Positions 10,405 to 17,698 of a stretch of 40,255 bases of DNA are shown here, piece by piece. Source of the stretch: a virus; the IMG/VR virus record IMGVR_UViG_3300020215_000040, positions 1 through 40,255 of that record; one strand, 5' to 3'. The notes under the pieces are model-generated. The model saw nothing but the letters and a program-made list of their open reading frames with translations. It was not told the DNA's origin and did not search any database. The position numbers were made by a program, and so were the translations under genes. The number at the start of each line of letters is the position of its first letter. Position 1 is the stretch's first letter.

Positions 10405-10704
10405 TCACCTCATTAAGGTAATATTTTTCCCTACAACCGCTTTCTCGTACTCTTCCTTGGTTACACGCAACACTTTTGAAGAGGTGACCTCGATATGTAT
10501 AATATATGTTTCAGGAATTGTTTGCGTTCTTGCAATAGGCATTCCTTTTCCAAACCAAGGCTGTCCCATCATGGTTGTTACTTGAGTCTCAGTTCTTGAC
10601 GGTTCTACTTCTTTTGATAGTACCTTACCGTGAATATATTTAGGCTCGGGTTGATTCGAACAACCGATCATTAAAAATAATATTGCAACGGATAGGTATT
10701 TCAT
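10405..10704 (-). CDS. Small lipoprotein
   Basis: The N-terminus MKYLSVAILFLMIGC has a signal peptide and a lipobox (IGC). Total length is 99 aa. Confidence 0.8.
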   Translation of the reverse strand: MKYLSVAILFLMIGCSNQPEPKYIHGKVLSKEVEPSRTETQVTTMMGQPWFGKGMPIARTQTIPETYIIHIEVTSSKVLRVTKEEYEKAVVGKNITLMR

Positions 10705-10708
10705 AAAA

Positions 10709-11329
10709 TCAACCGCAAGCCTTCAGCGTCCCAAACACTCTATATGAGGAGCTTATTCTCATGTATTGCTTGTAGGTAGATGCCCGCTGAAGCTTGACCG
10801 TTTCGTTGCTCGCACAGATTTTAGCATACGGCGATTTCCAACAGTCTAGGCCAGCAAAAGCACTTGCGGTTAAATTGGTGCAGGATTCAGGTCGCTCGGC
10901 TGTGTGATGTCGTCGCTTTTTCCGAGCCGTCTGCCATTGGCAGCTATCTCTCAAGGCTTGCCATCGCCTGACCTCACACTCCATTTTAAGGCCGTACACG
11001 TCAACAGAATGACGCATCACGTCACCCCTCTTTGTATAGCCTTTCCATTTCATACGCCTTAGTGACGCACCGCCCTCAATGTCCTGCACAAAATAACTCC
11101 ACCATCCATGAGGTTTGGCGAGCCTCATCCCCCAGTTAAAACTGGGTTTCTCATTTGTCCCGCTACGCAGTGCGCCGTTTGAATTAATGGTGGTGGATAT
11201 TGGTGTGCAGGAGAGTTCCTCGTCAGGAACACCATGTAAGTACTCACCACAGGAACGGCAACGTCTCGCCTTTTCAGCCATACTATGTTCTGCCTCGGTT
11301 GTCGTGGTTAACTCCTGCACAAAATTCAT
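10709..11329 (-). CDS. Cys/Trp/Arg-rich hypothetical protein
   Basis: The open frame extends to ATG 11365, but ATG 11329 forms an ATGA overlap with the upstream gene like the rest of the operon. Contains a CRSC pair and many Cys. No recognisable family. Confidence 0.6.
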   Translation of the reverse strand: MNFVQELTTTTEAEHSMAEKARRCRSCGEYLHGVPDEELSCTPISTTINSNGALRSGTNEKPSFNWGMRLAKPHGWWSYFVQDIEGGASLRRMKWKGYTKRGDVMRHSVDVYGLKMECEVRRWQALRDSCQWQTARKKRRHHTAERPESCTNLTASAFAGLDCWKSPYAKICASNETVKLQRASTYKQYMRISSSYRVFGTLKACG

Positions 11330-11571
11330 TTCTTCTTCTTTGTTTTTGGTGTGTAAAGCTCGCATCCAACGGAATGTTCAGGCCAGTTATCGTAAACCCT
11401 ATTTTCCTCTGGAAACACACAAGCCCAACCCTTTTGTATGTGACAGCAGCAGCCAAGCTCATTCTTAAGCCTATTACTTGTAATGCAATGTTGGTGTACG
11501 GGTAAATGGTGAATGCAATTACAGCAGCATTGCTTGATCTCTTTGACCTTTAAGTAGCATTTCTCAATCAT
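11326..11571 (-). CDS. Small Cys-rich (zinc-binding type) phage protein
   Basis: 81 aa with 12 Cys (CCCNC, GCCCH, GCE). ATGA-coupled on both sides. Confidence 0.65.
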   Translation of the reverse strand: MIEKCYLKVKEIKQCCCNCIHHLPVHQHCITSNRLKNELGCCCHIQKGWACVFPEENRVYDNWPEHSVGCELYTPKTKKKK

Positions 11572-12032
11572 TCCCCCTCCTTCTCGCTGAGTTGGTCTTT
11601 AGCTCTATCATACATAGAGTAGTAGTGTTTAAACATTCCAGTCCTTTTGTCATATGGGAGGCCTGACGACATGTAATATTCAATGAACTCATCCGCAGCC
11701 TTCACTAACTCGCGTAACTTATGATTCTCCTTGGCTTCAGCGATGTACAAATCCTCTAATTGATCTGCTCTATCACATTCCTCTTTGTAGTTTTTCTGTA
11801 GCTCGATTGCTTTGCGGGCTTGTTCGGCTAAATCTTGGGTGAAGCCTAATGCAAGATTCACAATGCCTTCTCTGTAGTTACCAAGATCTCTTTTAAAGGC
11901 ATCAAGAGTAAATCCGCTAACCGGCAACTCTCTAGGCTGATTTTCGGGAGGGGTCAGGGATTGAATATGCTTCCTTCTCTCTTCCCAAGTCATACCTCCG
12001 GGGCCTCTAATTTTGTTAAATTCATCACTCAT
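11568..12032 (-). CDS. Hypothetical protein
   Basis: 154-aa ATG ORF with 4-nt overlaps to both neighbours. Confidence 0.7.
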   Translation of the reverse strand: MSDEFNKIRGPGGMTWEERRKHIQSLTPPENQPRELPVSGFTLDAFKRDLGNYREGIVNLALGFTQDLAEQARKAIELQKNYKEECDRADQLEDLYIAEAKENHKLRELVKAADEFIEYYMSSGLPYDKRTGMFKHYYSMYDRAKDQLSEKEGE

Positions 12033-12217
12033 AATTGCTCCTGATTGGGGTTATTCTTCTTATTCTTCTCTATCCAATCAGCAAGCGGAAATCCTGTACC
12101 GTATGTGGTTTCAGTTTGATAATTTTTAATGCAATCACACGAACTCATCCAAGGTGCCCATACCTTACCGCATTTTGGGCATTCCCATCCTTTTTGGTGA
12201 TCTATATAGCCTCCCAT
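12029..12217 (-). CDS. Small zinc-ribbon protein
   Basis: 62 aa with CPKCGKVW ... CDC. ATGA-coupled. Confidence 0.65.
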   Translation of the reverse strand: MGGYIDHQKGWECPKCGKVWAPWMSSCDCIKNYQTETTYGTGFPLADWIEKNKKNNPNQEQL

Positions 12218-12219
12218 AA

Positions 12220-12438
12220 TTACCTCTCCTCCTCTTTGTCGTAGTCCTTTTTGTATTCATCGTACTTCTTTATCCAATCAGGATAGAAGGCACTGTTGAC
12301 AATCCTTGCCTCACTCAGTAGCACCTCAGCTCTCCTCAGTCGTTCGGCGAGCTTTTGGTAGTCGGTATATTTGACGTAAAATCCGTCGCTCGTCCAAAGC
12401 CCATTAACTGTATATCTCTTTGGCTCTTGTTCACTCAT
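12220..12438 (-). CDS. Hypothetical protein
   Basis: 72-aa ORF in the operon context. Confidence 0.6.
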   Translation of the reverse strand: MSEQEPKRYTVNGLWTSDGFYVKYTDYQKLAERLRRAEVLLSEARIVNSAFYPDWIKKYDEYKKDYDKEEER

Positions 12439-13213
12439 TTGATTTGCGCTCCTCTTTCATGGCTCTTCTAATTGCTTCTAAAGGAGTTTTTCCGTTAGTA
12501 CTTTTAATTAGCCAATTGCCATTCCATTCACATAACCAAGCTTTAGATTTAGCCAACCACTCCAAGCACTCAGACGCACTCGGCTCTTCATCCTTCTTCT
12601 CTTGCTCGGCGGGTGAGGAGAGAGAGGAGAGGGCTTCTCTAGTAATATCTAAAAGCTTAGAAAAGCTTTCAGCGGTTACTTTGCTCAACGGCTCGCCATT
12701 ATCCCAACCAATAAAGTTTTTGTCCCATAGGTAATACCATTGCTTCAAAGCCTCACGTGCTTTTTCTATCTTTTGCTCTAATTCCTCTGATAAACCCTTG
12801 TAAAACTCGTATAAGCGATTGGCTTCGTGAAGCTCAATACTAAGTTTTTTAAATTCCTCCCTATAATTCTTCCCCTGCCAAAGATCTCTGTATGTCTTAA
12901 CTTCAATACGCAGGCGTTCTATCTCCTTATCCTTCTCCTCAATAATCTTCTTGGCTCTATCTACGGTTTCTTGAAAGAAGTTTCCGCCATCGTCACTACT
13001 AGTCGCTGTCTCACTCTCCCACTTGGCTTCCTCTGAGACGGCAGGTGCAGATTGCATGGGGCGGACTTCGACTTGAACCCAATTCTCTCGCGAGTCCTTA
13101 TCAGGACAGGCTTCATTCCATAACAATCCAAGTAATTGACCATTTTTATCGTAAGCAGCCCAAGCCATCACAGGCTTCGACAACGGCGCGGGTTGGTTGG
13201 TGGGAGAAGTCAT
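12431..13213 (-). CDS. Hypothetical coiled-coil protein
   Basis: 260 aa with a central E/K-rich coiled-coil segment. Overlap-coupled to its neighbours. Confidence 0.7.
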   Translation of the reverse strand: MTSPTNQPAPLSKPVMAWAAYDKNGQLLGLLWNEACPDKDSRENWVQVEVRPMQSAPAVSEEAKWESETATSSDDGGNFFQETVDRAKKIIEEKDKEIERLRIEVKTYRDLWQGKNYREEFKKLSIELHEANRLYEFYKGLSEELEQKIEKAREALKQWYYLWDKNFIGWDNGEPLSKVTAESFSKLLDITREALSSLSSPAEQEKKDEEPSASECLEWLAKSKAWLCEWNGNWLIKSTNGKTPLEAIRRAMKEERKSNE

Positions 13214-13983
13214 TGTGGTATTGCTTTTAAAATTTGATATGCGACTTGCGGGACGATTGAGTTTCCGAGTGCTTTAAGGCGGTGTGCTCGATTGGATATC
13301 CCATAAGCCACTCGACAAATTGGGGGTTCAGGCTTCCACCCATTTGAGACGGCAGGTCTTTCGCTAATCCTTTTATTGCTCGCCCTGACGCTCCCTTCCA
13401 ATCTCTTGCTTGAGGCGTTGGAAACCACTTCACTTGATCTCTGAGATTGATGCAGTGACCTCTCTTCATTCCCTCTAAACTCCTTGCTCCTCCTGTTCCG
13501 TCCGAAGCTTTCGGAGTACGCCAAAAGCCATACTCGGTCTCTTCGATGTCTCGCATCGACGGCACAAGCCGGAATAATAAGCGGCCACGTGGTGTAACCG
13601 ATGCTTTCCAAGTCAGCGAGCACATTGTCGAGTTCCATTCCGACGATACCAACAACGTTTTCACCCAAGATGCGAGTGGGTTTGACTTCGGAAATAACTC
13701 GAAGCATTTCCGGCCATAAGTGGCGGTGGTCGTCCTTGCCTTTCTTTTTCCCTGCAACAGAGAAGGGTTGGCAGGGGAATCCTCCGGTAAGCAAGTCCAC
13801 GTCTCCAACGTCGGCAAAGTTAGCTGTTTTAATGTCTCCATAGTTTTTGATTTCCGGCCAATGTTGCTTTAGTAACTCGCAGCAATAAGGATCTATCTCG
13901 CTAAATCCAATTGTAGTAAATCCTGTCCATTGAGCGGCGAGAGCAAACCCTCCAATTCCGCTGAATAGGTCAAGGTGCTTCAT
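13210..13983 (-). CDS. DNA (cytosine-5)-methyltransferase, short phage type
   Basis: Motifs present: FSGIGG (I), GGFPCQPFS (IV, catalytic Cys), GENV (VI), ARHRRDRVWLLA (VIII), RLKALGNSIVPQV (X). Confidence 0.9.
   Translation of the reverse strand: MKHLDLFSGIGGFALAAQWTGFTTIGFSEIDPYCCELLKQHWPEIKNYGDIKTANFADVGDVDLLTGGFPCQPFSVAGKKKGKDDHRHLWPEMLRVISEVKPTRILGENVVGIVGMELDNVLADLESIGYTTWPLIIPACAVDARHRRDRVWLLAYSESFGRNRRSKEFRGNEERSLHQSQRSSEVVSNASSKRLEGSVRASNKRISERPAVSNGWKPEPPICRVAYGISNRAHRLKALGNSIVPQVAYQILKAIPQ
13227..13841 (-). CDS. Embedded +1-frame ORF with TPxAxD repeats and LNPxFVEWLMGxP motif (possible overprinted gene)
   Basis: 204 codons from an ATG, entirely inside the MTase gene on the same strand. 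Reads EDSPANPS, ATYGRKCFEL, CSLTWKASVTPRGRLLFRLVPSM, WRTPKASDGTGG, FPTPQARDWKG, LNPQFVEWLMGYP. No clear ribosome-binding site. Confidence 0.4.
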   Translation of the reverse strand: METLKQLTLPTLETWTCLPEDSPANPSLLQGKRKARTTTATYGRKCFELFPKSNPLASWVKTLLVSSEWNSTMCSLTWKASVTPRGRLLFRLVPSMRDIEETEYGFWRTPKASDGTGGARSLEGMKRGHCINLRDQVKWFPTPQARDWKGASGRAIKGLAKDLPSQMGGSLNPQFVEWLMGYPIEHTALKHSETQSSRKSHIKF

Positions 13984-14210
13984 CTCGCCTTTCCTTTCTT
14001 TGTTGGTTTGGGCATGTTGGCTTGAATTATTGACACTGCATTTTTATACGATTGAAGCTCCCAACGACTGTTACTAGCCCCGCAGTAATCCCCAATAGCC
14101 TCACATTCCTTGAATTTGCGCTGGCAATGATCTATATAAATATTCAGCGTTGCTATTGCCTTATTCATCGCACATCTCTCCCTCTCGTTTCTCGGTTTGC
14201 GATTGGTCAT
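13980..14210 (-). CDS. Hypothetical protein
   Basis: 76 aa, ATGA-coupled on both sides. Confidence 0.65.
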   Translation of the reverse strand: MTNRKPRNERERCAMNKAIATLNIYIDHCQRKFKECEAIGDYCGASNSRWELQSYKNAVSIIQANMPKPTKKGKAR

Positions 14211-14695
14211 ACGACCTCCACAGACTTGATGTTACCTAAGTCATCGAGAATCACCTTTAATTGAACAACCGTATGATGTGTAAAAACAAAGCTTTGTTTA
14301 ACAGAGAACTTTTCGATTGCAGGTTTGTCGATACACCAATACTCCTCACGAGTCGTGGGCTCAGACTTATCAGGTGAGGCGAGTTTGCAGTGAGTTTTAT
14401 GAGCCGTTCCATCGCCCAGCCAAACTATGAATGGCATCTTGTCTCGTGGTTCATACGCAATAAATTCCGCTTCTTCCCAAGAATTAGGTTCACTAAAACT
14501 ATTCCAACAATTAACAATCACCTTTGCCCCTCTCTCCACCTTGCTCCAGTCAACCTCTTCTTCGACTTCTTGGACATTGGTGAGCCATCTTCGCAATAAA
14601 ACCAATTTAAGATCGTCGCACCATAATTTGTCAGGAGCTTCCAACTCCTCTAATTCCACTTTCTCAGTTCCTAGATATGCTGTGTATTTTTTCAT
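14207..14695 (-). CDS. Hypothetical protein
   Basis: 162-aa ATG ORF, coupled to its neighbours. Confidence 0.7.
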   Translation of the reverse strand: MKKYTAYLGTEKVELEELEAPDKLWCDDLKLVLLRRWLTNVQEVEEEVDWSKVERGAKVIVNCWNSFSEPNSWEEAEFIAYEPRDKMPFIVWLGDGTAHKTHCKLASPDKSEPTTREEYWCIDKPAIEKFSVKQSFVFTHHTVVQLKVILDDLGNIKSVEVV

Positions 14696-14865
14696 TTTGA
14701 TTTAATAGTTCTATAAATATCCTGAATCACAACAATCACCCCGGGAATAATCATAAAAGCTAAAAACATTGGTATCCATACATGCTCTAGCCTTCTAGCA
14801 CTCAATAGAGAACACACTTCGATGGTTAGAACGATTCCCGATATAATTAATATGGTTGTTTTCAT
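14692..14865 (-). CDS. Small two-helix membrane protein (below the ORF-track size cut-off)
   Basis: Hand translation gives MKTTILIISGIVLTIEVCSLLSARRLEHVWIPMFLAFMIIPGVIVVIQDIYRTIKSK (57 aa). There is an AAGGA site upstream and the stop overlaps the next ATG. Confidence 0.55.
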   Translation of the reverse strand: MKTTILIISGIVLTIEVCSLLSARRLEHVWIPMFLAFMIIPGVIVVIQDIYRTIKSK

Positions 14866-14880
14866 GAGTTTATTCCTTTG

Positions 14881-15066
14881 TTAAGCAACTCCCTGCATCA
14901 TCTTGAGCATGGTGATCTCTTGTCTTAAGAGTTGTATCCTTGCTTCAAGAATAAGATTGTTAGCTTTAGCTTCCATTAACTCCGCTGCCATTTTACGAGC
15001 TTGCTCCCTGCACCAGTTAAGATGCTTTACCTTACGCGTTAGATAGGTATGGGATATGCGTTTCAT
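14881..15066 (-). CDS. Small coiled-coil protein
   Basis: 61-aa ORF in the operon. Confidence 0.55.
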   Translation of the reverse strand: MKRISHTYLTRKVKHLNWCREQARKMAAELMEAKANNLILEARIQLLRQEITMLKMMQGVA

Positions 15067-15242
15067 TGCTTATGCTTTACGTCAATGCGAATTTCTAAGA
15101 GTTCAGCTAAGCTGAAATCGTCATTAGCAAATCCAATTTCTCCTGATACTTCTGCCCCTTTAGGCACTTCTAAGTGCTCAGTTAGGATTTCGATTAGGTC
15201 TTGATGTGATAGTTTGTGGATGGTGTGGGTTTCTGATGTCAT
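15063..15242 (-). CDS. Small acidic hypothetical protein (below the ORF-track cut-off)
   Basis: Hand translation gives MTSETHTIHKLSHQDLIEILTEHLEVPKGAEVSGEIGFANDDFSLAELLEIRIDVKHKQ (59 aa). ATGA overlaps at both ends. Confidence 0.55.
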   Translation of the reverse strand: MTSETHTIHKLSHQDLIEILTEHLEVPKGAEVSGEIGFANDDFSLAELLEIRIDVKHKQ

Positions 15243-15598
15243 AGGGGTTCTATTGTTATGATTGCACCCTCTTCACCCTTGTTTACGTACTCTACGCTTT
15301 GTGGTCCGGGAATCATCCAGTCCAAGGAATCGTCTAGAGGCAGATACGACGCAGTCAGCAATCGTTTCCGCCATTCCCCAACCGTCTCGCGTTCTCCTAT
15401 CGGAAATAAGCCAGTGTATTGAGACACGAAACTTTTTATGGTTTGCTCCATCCATAGCTTGTTTTTTTTGTTTGTAGCTACAAATGGCTTTCTTGTTTTT
15501 TTGTTGAGGTAGATCTGTTTGCTGTTCTTGAATGATGGTGTGTGACCGCATCCCTTCACCTTCAACACGTAAGCTTGGATTGCGCTTGAGGAATTCAT
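15239..15598 (-). CDS. Hypothetical protein (possible RusA-like resolvase, weak)
   Basis: 119-aa ATG ORF. The motif GHTPSFKNSKQ faintly resembles RusA-type resolvases. Contains A7 and A8 runs. Confidence 0.55.
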   Translation of the reverse strand: MNSSSAIQAYVLKVKGCGHTPSFKNSKQIYLNKKTRKPFVATNKKNKLWMEQTIKSFVSQYTGLFPIGERETVGEWRKRLLTASYLPLDDSLDWMIPGPQSVEYVNKGEEGAIITIEPL

Positions 15599-15619
15599 TG
15601 AGTTCTTGGTGTGTTAGCT

Positions 15620-15724
15620 TCAAGATTCTTGATCCTCATCGCTGGTTATCTTCCAGAACATCACGGAAAGCGTTGCTATCACTCCGCATGCAAACCCTAG
15701 AAATATGGAAATAATGGTTGTCAT
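15620..15724 (-). CDS. Very small single-pass membrane peptide (tentative)
   Basis: Hand translation gives MTTIISIFLGFACGVIATLSVMFWKITSDEDQES (34 aa). Its ATG overlaps the upstream TAA by 1 nt. Confidence 0.35.
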   Translation of the reverse strand: MTTIISIFLGFACGVIATLSVMFWKITSDEDQES

Positions 15725-15954
15725 TAGCATTTTTTAGCTGGTTTTTGTTTTAGTTCTTTAGCTGTATCACTCAGCTTGTGGTACAAGTCTGCCCATTCAG
15801 TTACTGTGAGGGTAATCTCATGCCCTGCATGGGTGAAGGTCGCGATGAGATGGGGTTCTCGGACTTCGATAACCAAACTCGGTAAATCTTCCTTGAAGTC
15901 CATCTCAAAGGCTCGGACTAGTCGGTCAATATCTTCTAGGGATAAGGCTTTCAT
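15724..15954 (-). CDS. Hypothetical protein
   Basis: 76-aa ATG ORF. Confidence 0.6.
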   Translation of the reverse strand: MKALSLEDIDRLVRAFEMDFKEDLPSLVIEVREPHLIATFTHAGHEITLTVTEWADLYHKLSDTAKELKQKPAKKC

Positions 15955-15998
15955 AGCGGTTAAGGTGCTTTGTTCTGGCGGTTAAAACGCTTTCTGGG

Positions 15999-16415
15999 TT
16001 ATAGTGGTTTAAATTCATTCATGGGGATATATGCCACTGGTTCCATGTCAGCTGTATCGTTACGGTCTCTTCTCCCATTGAACCCGATGGTGTATTTACC
16101 CTCCGGTTTCACCCAGTAGATGCCGTTTGTGAACTCGACGATAAGAACAAATGCAGCTCCGGTGATCGTGTTCATTTGAATGCCGTGCATAATCTTATTC
16201 ATCGAAAGCATGTAAGTAGGGTATGCGTTGACATGGTTAGTCCTGCATTTAACTTCTGCCCACGCGCATAACTTGTCGTCCCGCATAAATGCGTAATCGA
16301 GGTGATACGAGATAGGGATCTTTTGCGCTTTGCACTTCCAAGTTTCGGCGGCTTTGATAGCAACTTCATATTCTCTTTTTCTTTGTCCCTCTGTCTCGTA
16401 AAGGGGGCGGGGCAT
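15999..16415 (-). CDS. PD-(D/E)xK-fold nuclease candidate
   Basis: 138 aa. HLDYAF ... AWAEVKCR gives the D ... ExK arrangement. Lies immediately downstream of the helicase. Confidence 0.6.
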   Translation of the reverse strand: MPRPLYETEGQRKREYEVAIKAAETWKCKAQKIPISYHLDYAFMRDDKLCAWAEVKCRTNHVNAYPTYMLSMNKIMHGIQMNTITGAAFVLIVEFTNGIYWVKPEGKYTIGFNGRRDRNDTADMEPVAYIPMNEFKPL

Positions 16416-17698
16416 TAGGCTACTCTTAATTGTTGAGCTTTTCCTTTGAAGGTCATACTCGGACCATCGAACATAACTTCACCGGTACCAACTGAACCGT
16501 TACGATTTTTTAAAATTGTCCAACTTACCGGCCAACAATCCATGCCATCCCTGTTTTCTTTGCACCATAAAGCTAAAACCACATCAGCATCTTGTTCGAT
16601 GTCCCCAGACTCTTTAAGACTGCTAAGTGTTGGTTTATCTCCCTTGTCTGTATCTCGACTAAGTTGAGCTATAGCAATGATGGTTGCCTTAGTTTCATTG
16701 GCGGTAAGCTTTAAGCTACGAGTAACTTCTCCAATAGCAACCCTGCGCTCCATTCCACGTGGAACATCGATAAGTTGTACGTAGTCCATAACCACGAACT
16801 TCACTCCGTGATGTCGGGCATGGTAGCGGATGAGAGGTGCTAGGGTAGCAGCATTGCAAGTTTTAACCGGTGCTAGGTAAAGTGGTAAGCGTTCGTACTC
16901 TTTGATCGACCTATAAAGCTGGTCAACTTGCTGCCTGTTCATGGTCTTGGTTTCGAATCTCGACCAAGCAACACCAGCTTTACGTGCTGCAAGCCTTCCT
17001 ACGGCTCGGGATCTCGAAAGCTCTCTTTGGACATAGAGACATGGCTCTCCATTGCGAACCATAGAATCTATAAGTTGCTCAGCAAGGCTGGTCTTACCTC
17101 CACCCGGGCGACCGGCTAGAATGATGAGCTGAGCATCTGGTAAGCCGCCAAACGTCTTGTCCCATATATCAACATGGCTAGAGCGCATTACCCGCTTGCC
17201 TTGAGCCATGAGGGTTAGCTCTTCTTGCAATTCCTTAATGCCTTCAAGTTTCTCATCTGTCTGGGTGTGAGTGGCCTTACTGCGAAGCGTGAAAATCTTA
17301 TTTTCTAACTCATCAAGGATTTGCTGGGCGCTGTCCTTGGGCACAGAATCGATTGCTTCGAGCGTTTCTTGCCTTAAGCTCCTTTCCATCAGGGTTAGGG
17401 CGTGTTCAGTCATATTGACCGCTAGGCCGCTTTTCTGGGCTTCAGCAATCCACATGCTGCGCTCAACTGGATCAATCCCTACGCGCTCGTTGTTTAGACA
17501 GAAATCGAGCAATTTCTCACAGGTGAAGGCGCTCTTTGCGAGTAGTTCCCGAACGTGCTCCCAAACCGCACGACAAGCGTGAGATTGAAAGTGTTTCGAG
17601 TTAAACCCTACTTGGCTCAACTCATCCACTTTTTCTAAAGCAAGGGAATCTCCAAGCAGTAGGGGTCCGATTAGGGCTAGTTCAATGGGGTTATTCAT
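16415..17698 (-). CDS. dnaB: DnaB-family replicative DNA helicase
   Basis: Walker A (GRPGGGKTS), Walker B (VVMDYVQL), IIAIAQLSRD and ESGDIEQDADVV motifs. Confidence 0.9.
   Translation of the reverse strand: MNNPIELALIGPLLLGDSLALEKVDELSQVGFNSKHFQSHACRAVWEHVRELLAKSAFTCEKLLDFCLNNERVGIDPVERSMWIAEAQKSGLAVNMTEHALTLMERSLRQETLEAIDSVPKDSAQQILDELENKIFTLRSKATHTQTDEKLEGIKELQEELTLMAQGKRVMRSSHVDIWDKTFGGLPDAQLIILAGRPGGGKTSLAEQLIDSMVRNGEPCLYVQRELSRSRAVGRLAARKAGVAWSRFETKTMNRQQVDQLYRSIKEYERLPLYLAPVKTCNAATLAPLIRYHARHHGVKFVVMDYVQLIDVPRGMERRVAIGEVTRSLKLTANETKATIIAIAQLSRDTDKGDKPTLSSLKESGDIEQDADVVLALWCKENRDGMDCWPVSWTILKNRNGSVGTGEVMFDGPSMTFKGKAQQLRVA

Noticed and set aside
11115-11505. Two + strand ORFs (117 and 101 aa) antisense to the Cys-rich genes
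   Set aside because: They have no ribosome-binding site or operon context on the + strand, and they overlap each other and two coupled minus-strand genes. They are noted only as a sign of unusual composition.
13746-13752. G_GGA_AAA heptamer (minus strand) in the frame of the embedded ORF, a classic -1 slippery sequence leading into the MTase frame
   Set aside because: A B-to-A shift here would give a product lacking MTase motifs I and IV. No obvious downstream stimulatory structure was seen. It is kept only as a note within the dual-frame finding.
15273-15623. 116-aa alternative-frame ORF overlapping the 119-aa gene, with A7/A8 runs that might mediate frameshifting
   Set aside because: It starts at TTG directly on the stop of the upstream mini-ORF, and most of it is K/Q/R-rich junk-like sequence. 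The ATG-initiated frame at 15598 is the coherent one. Homopolymer length should still be checked in the reads.
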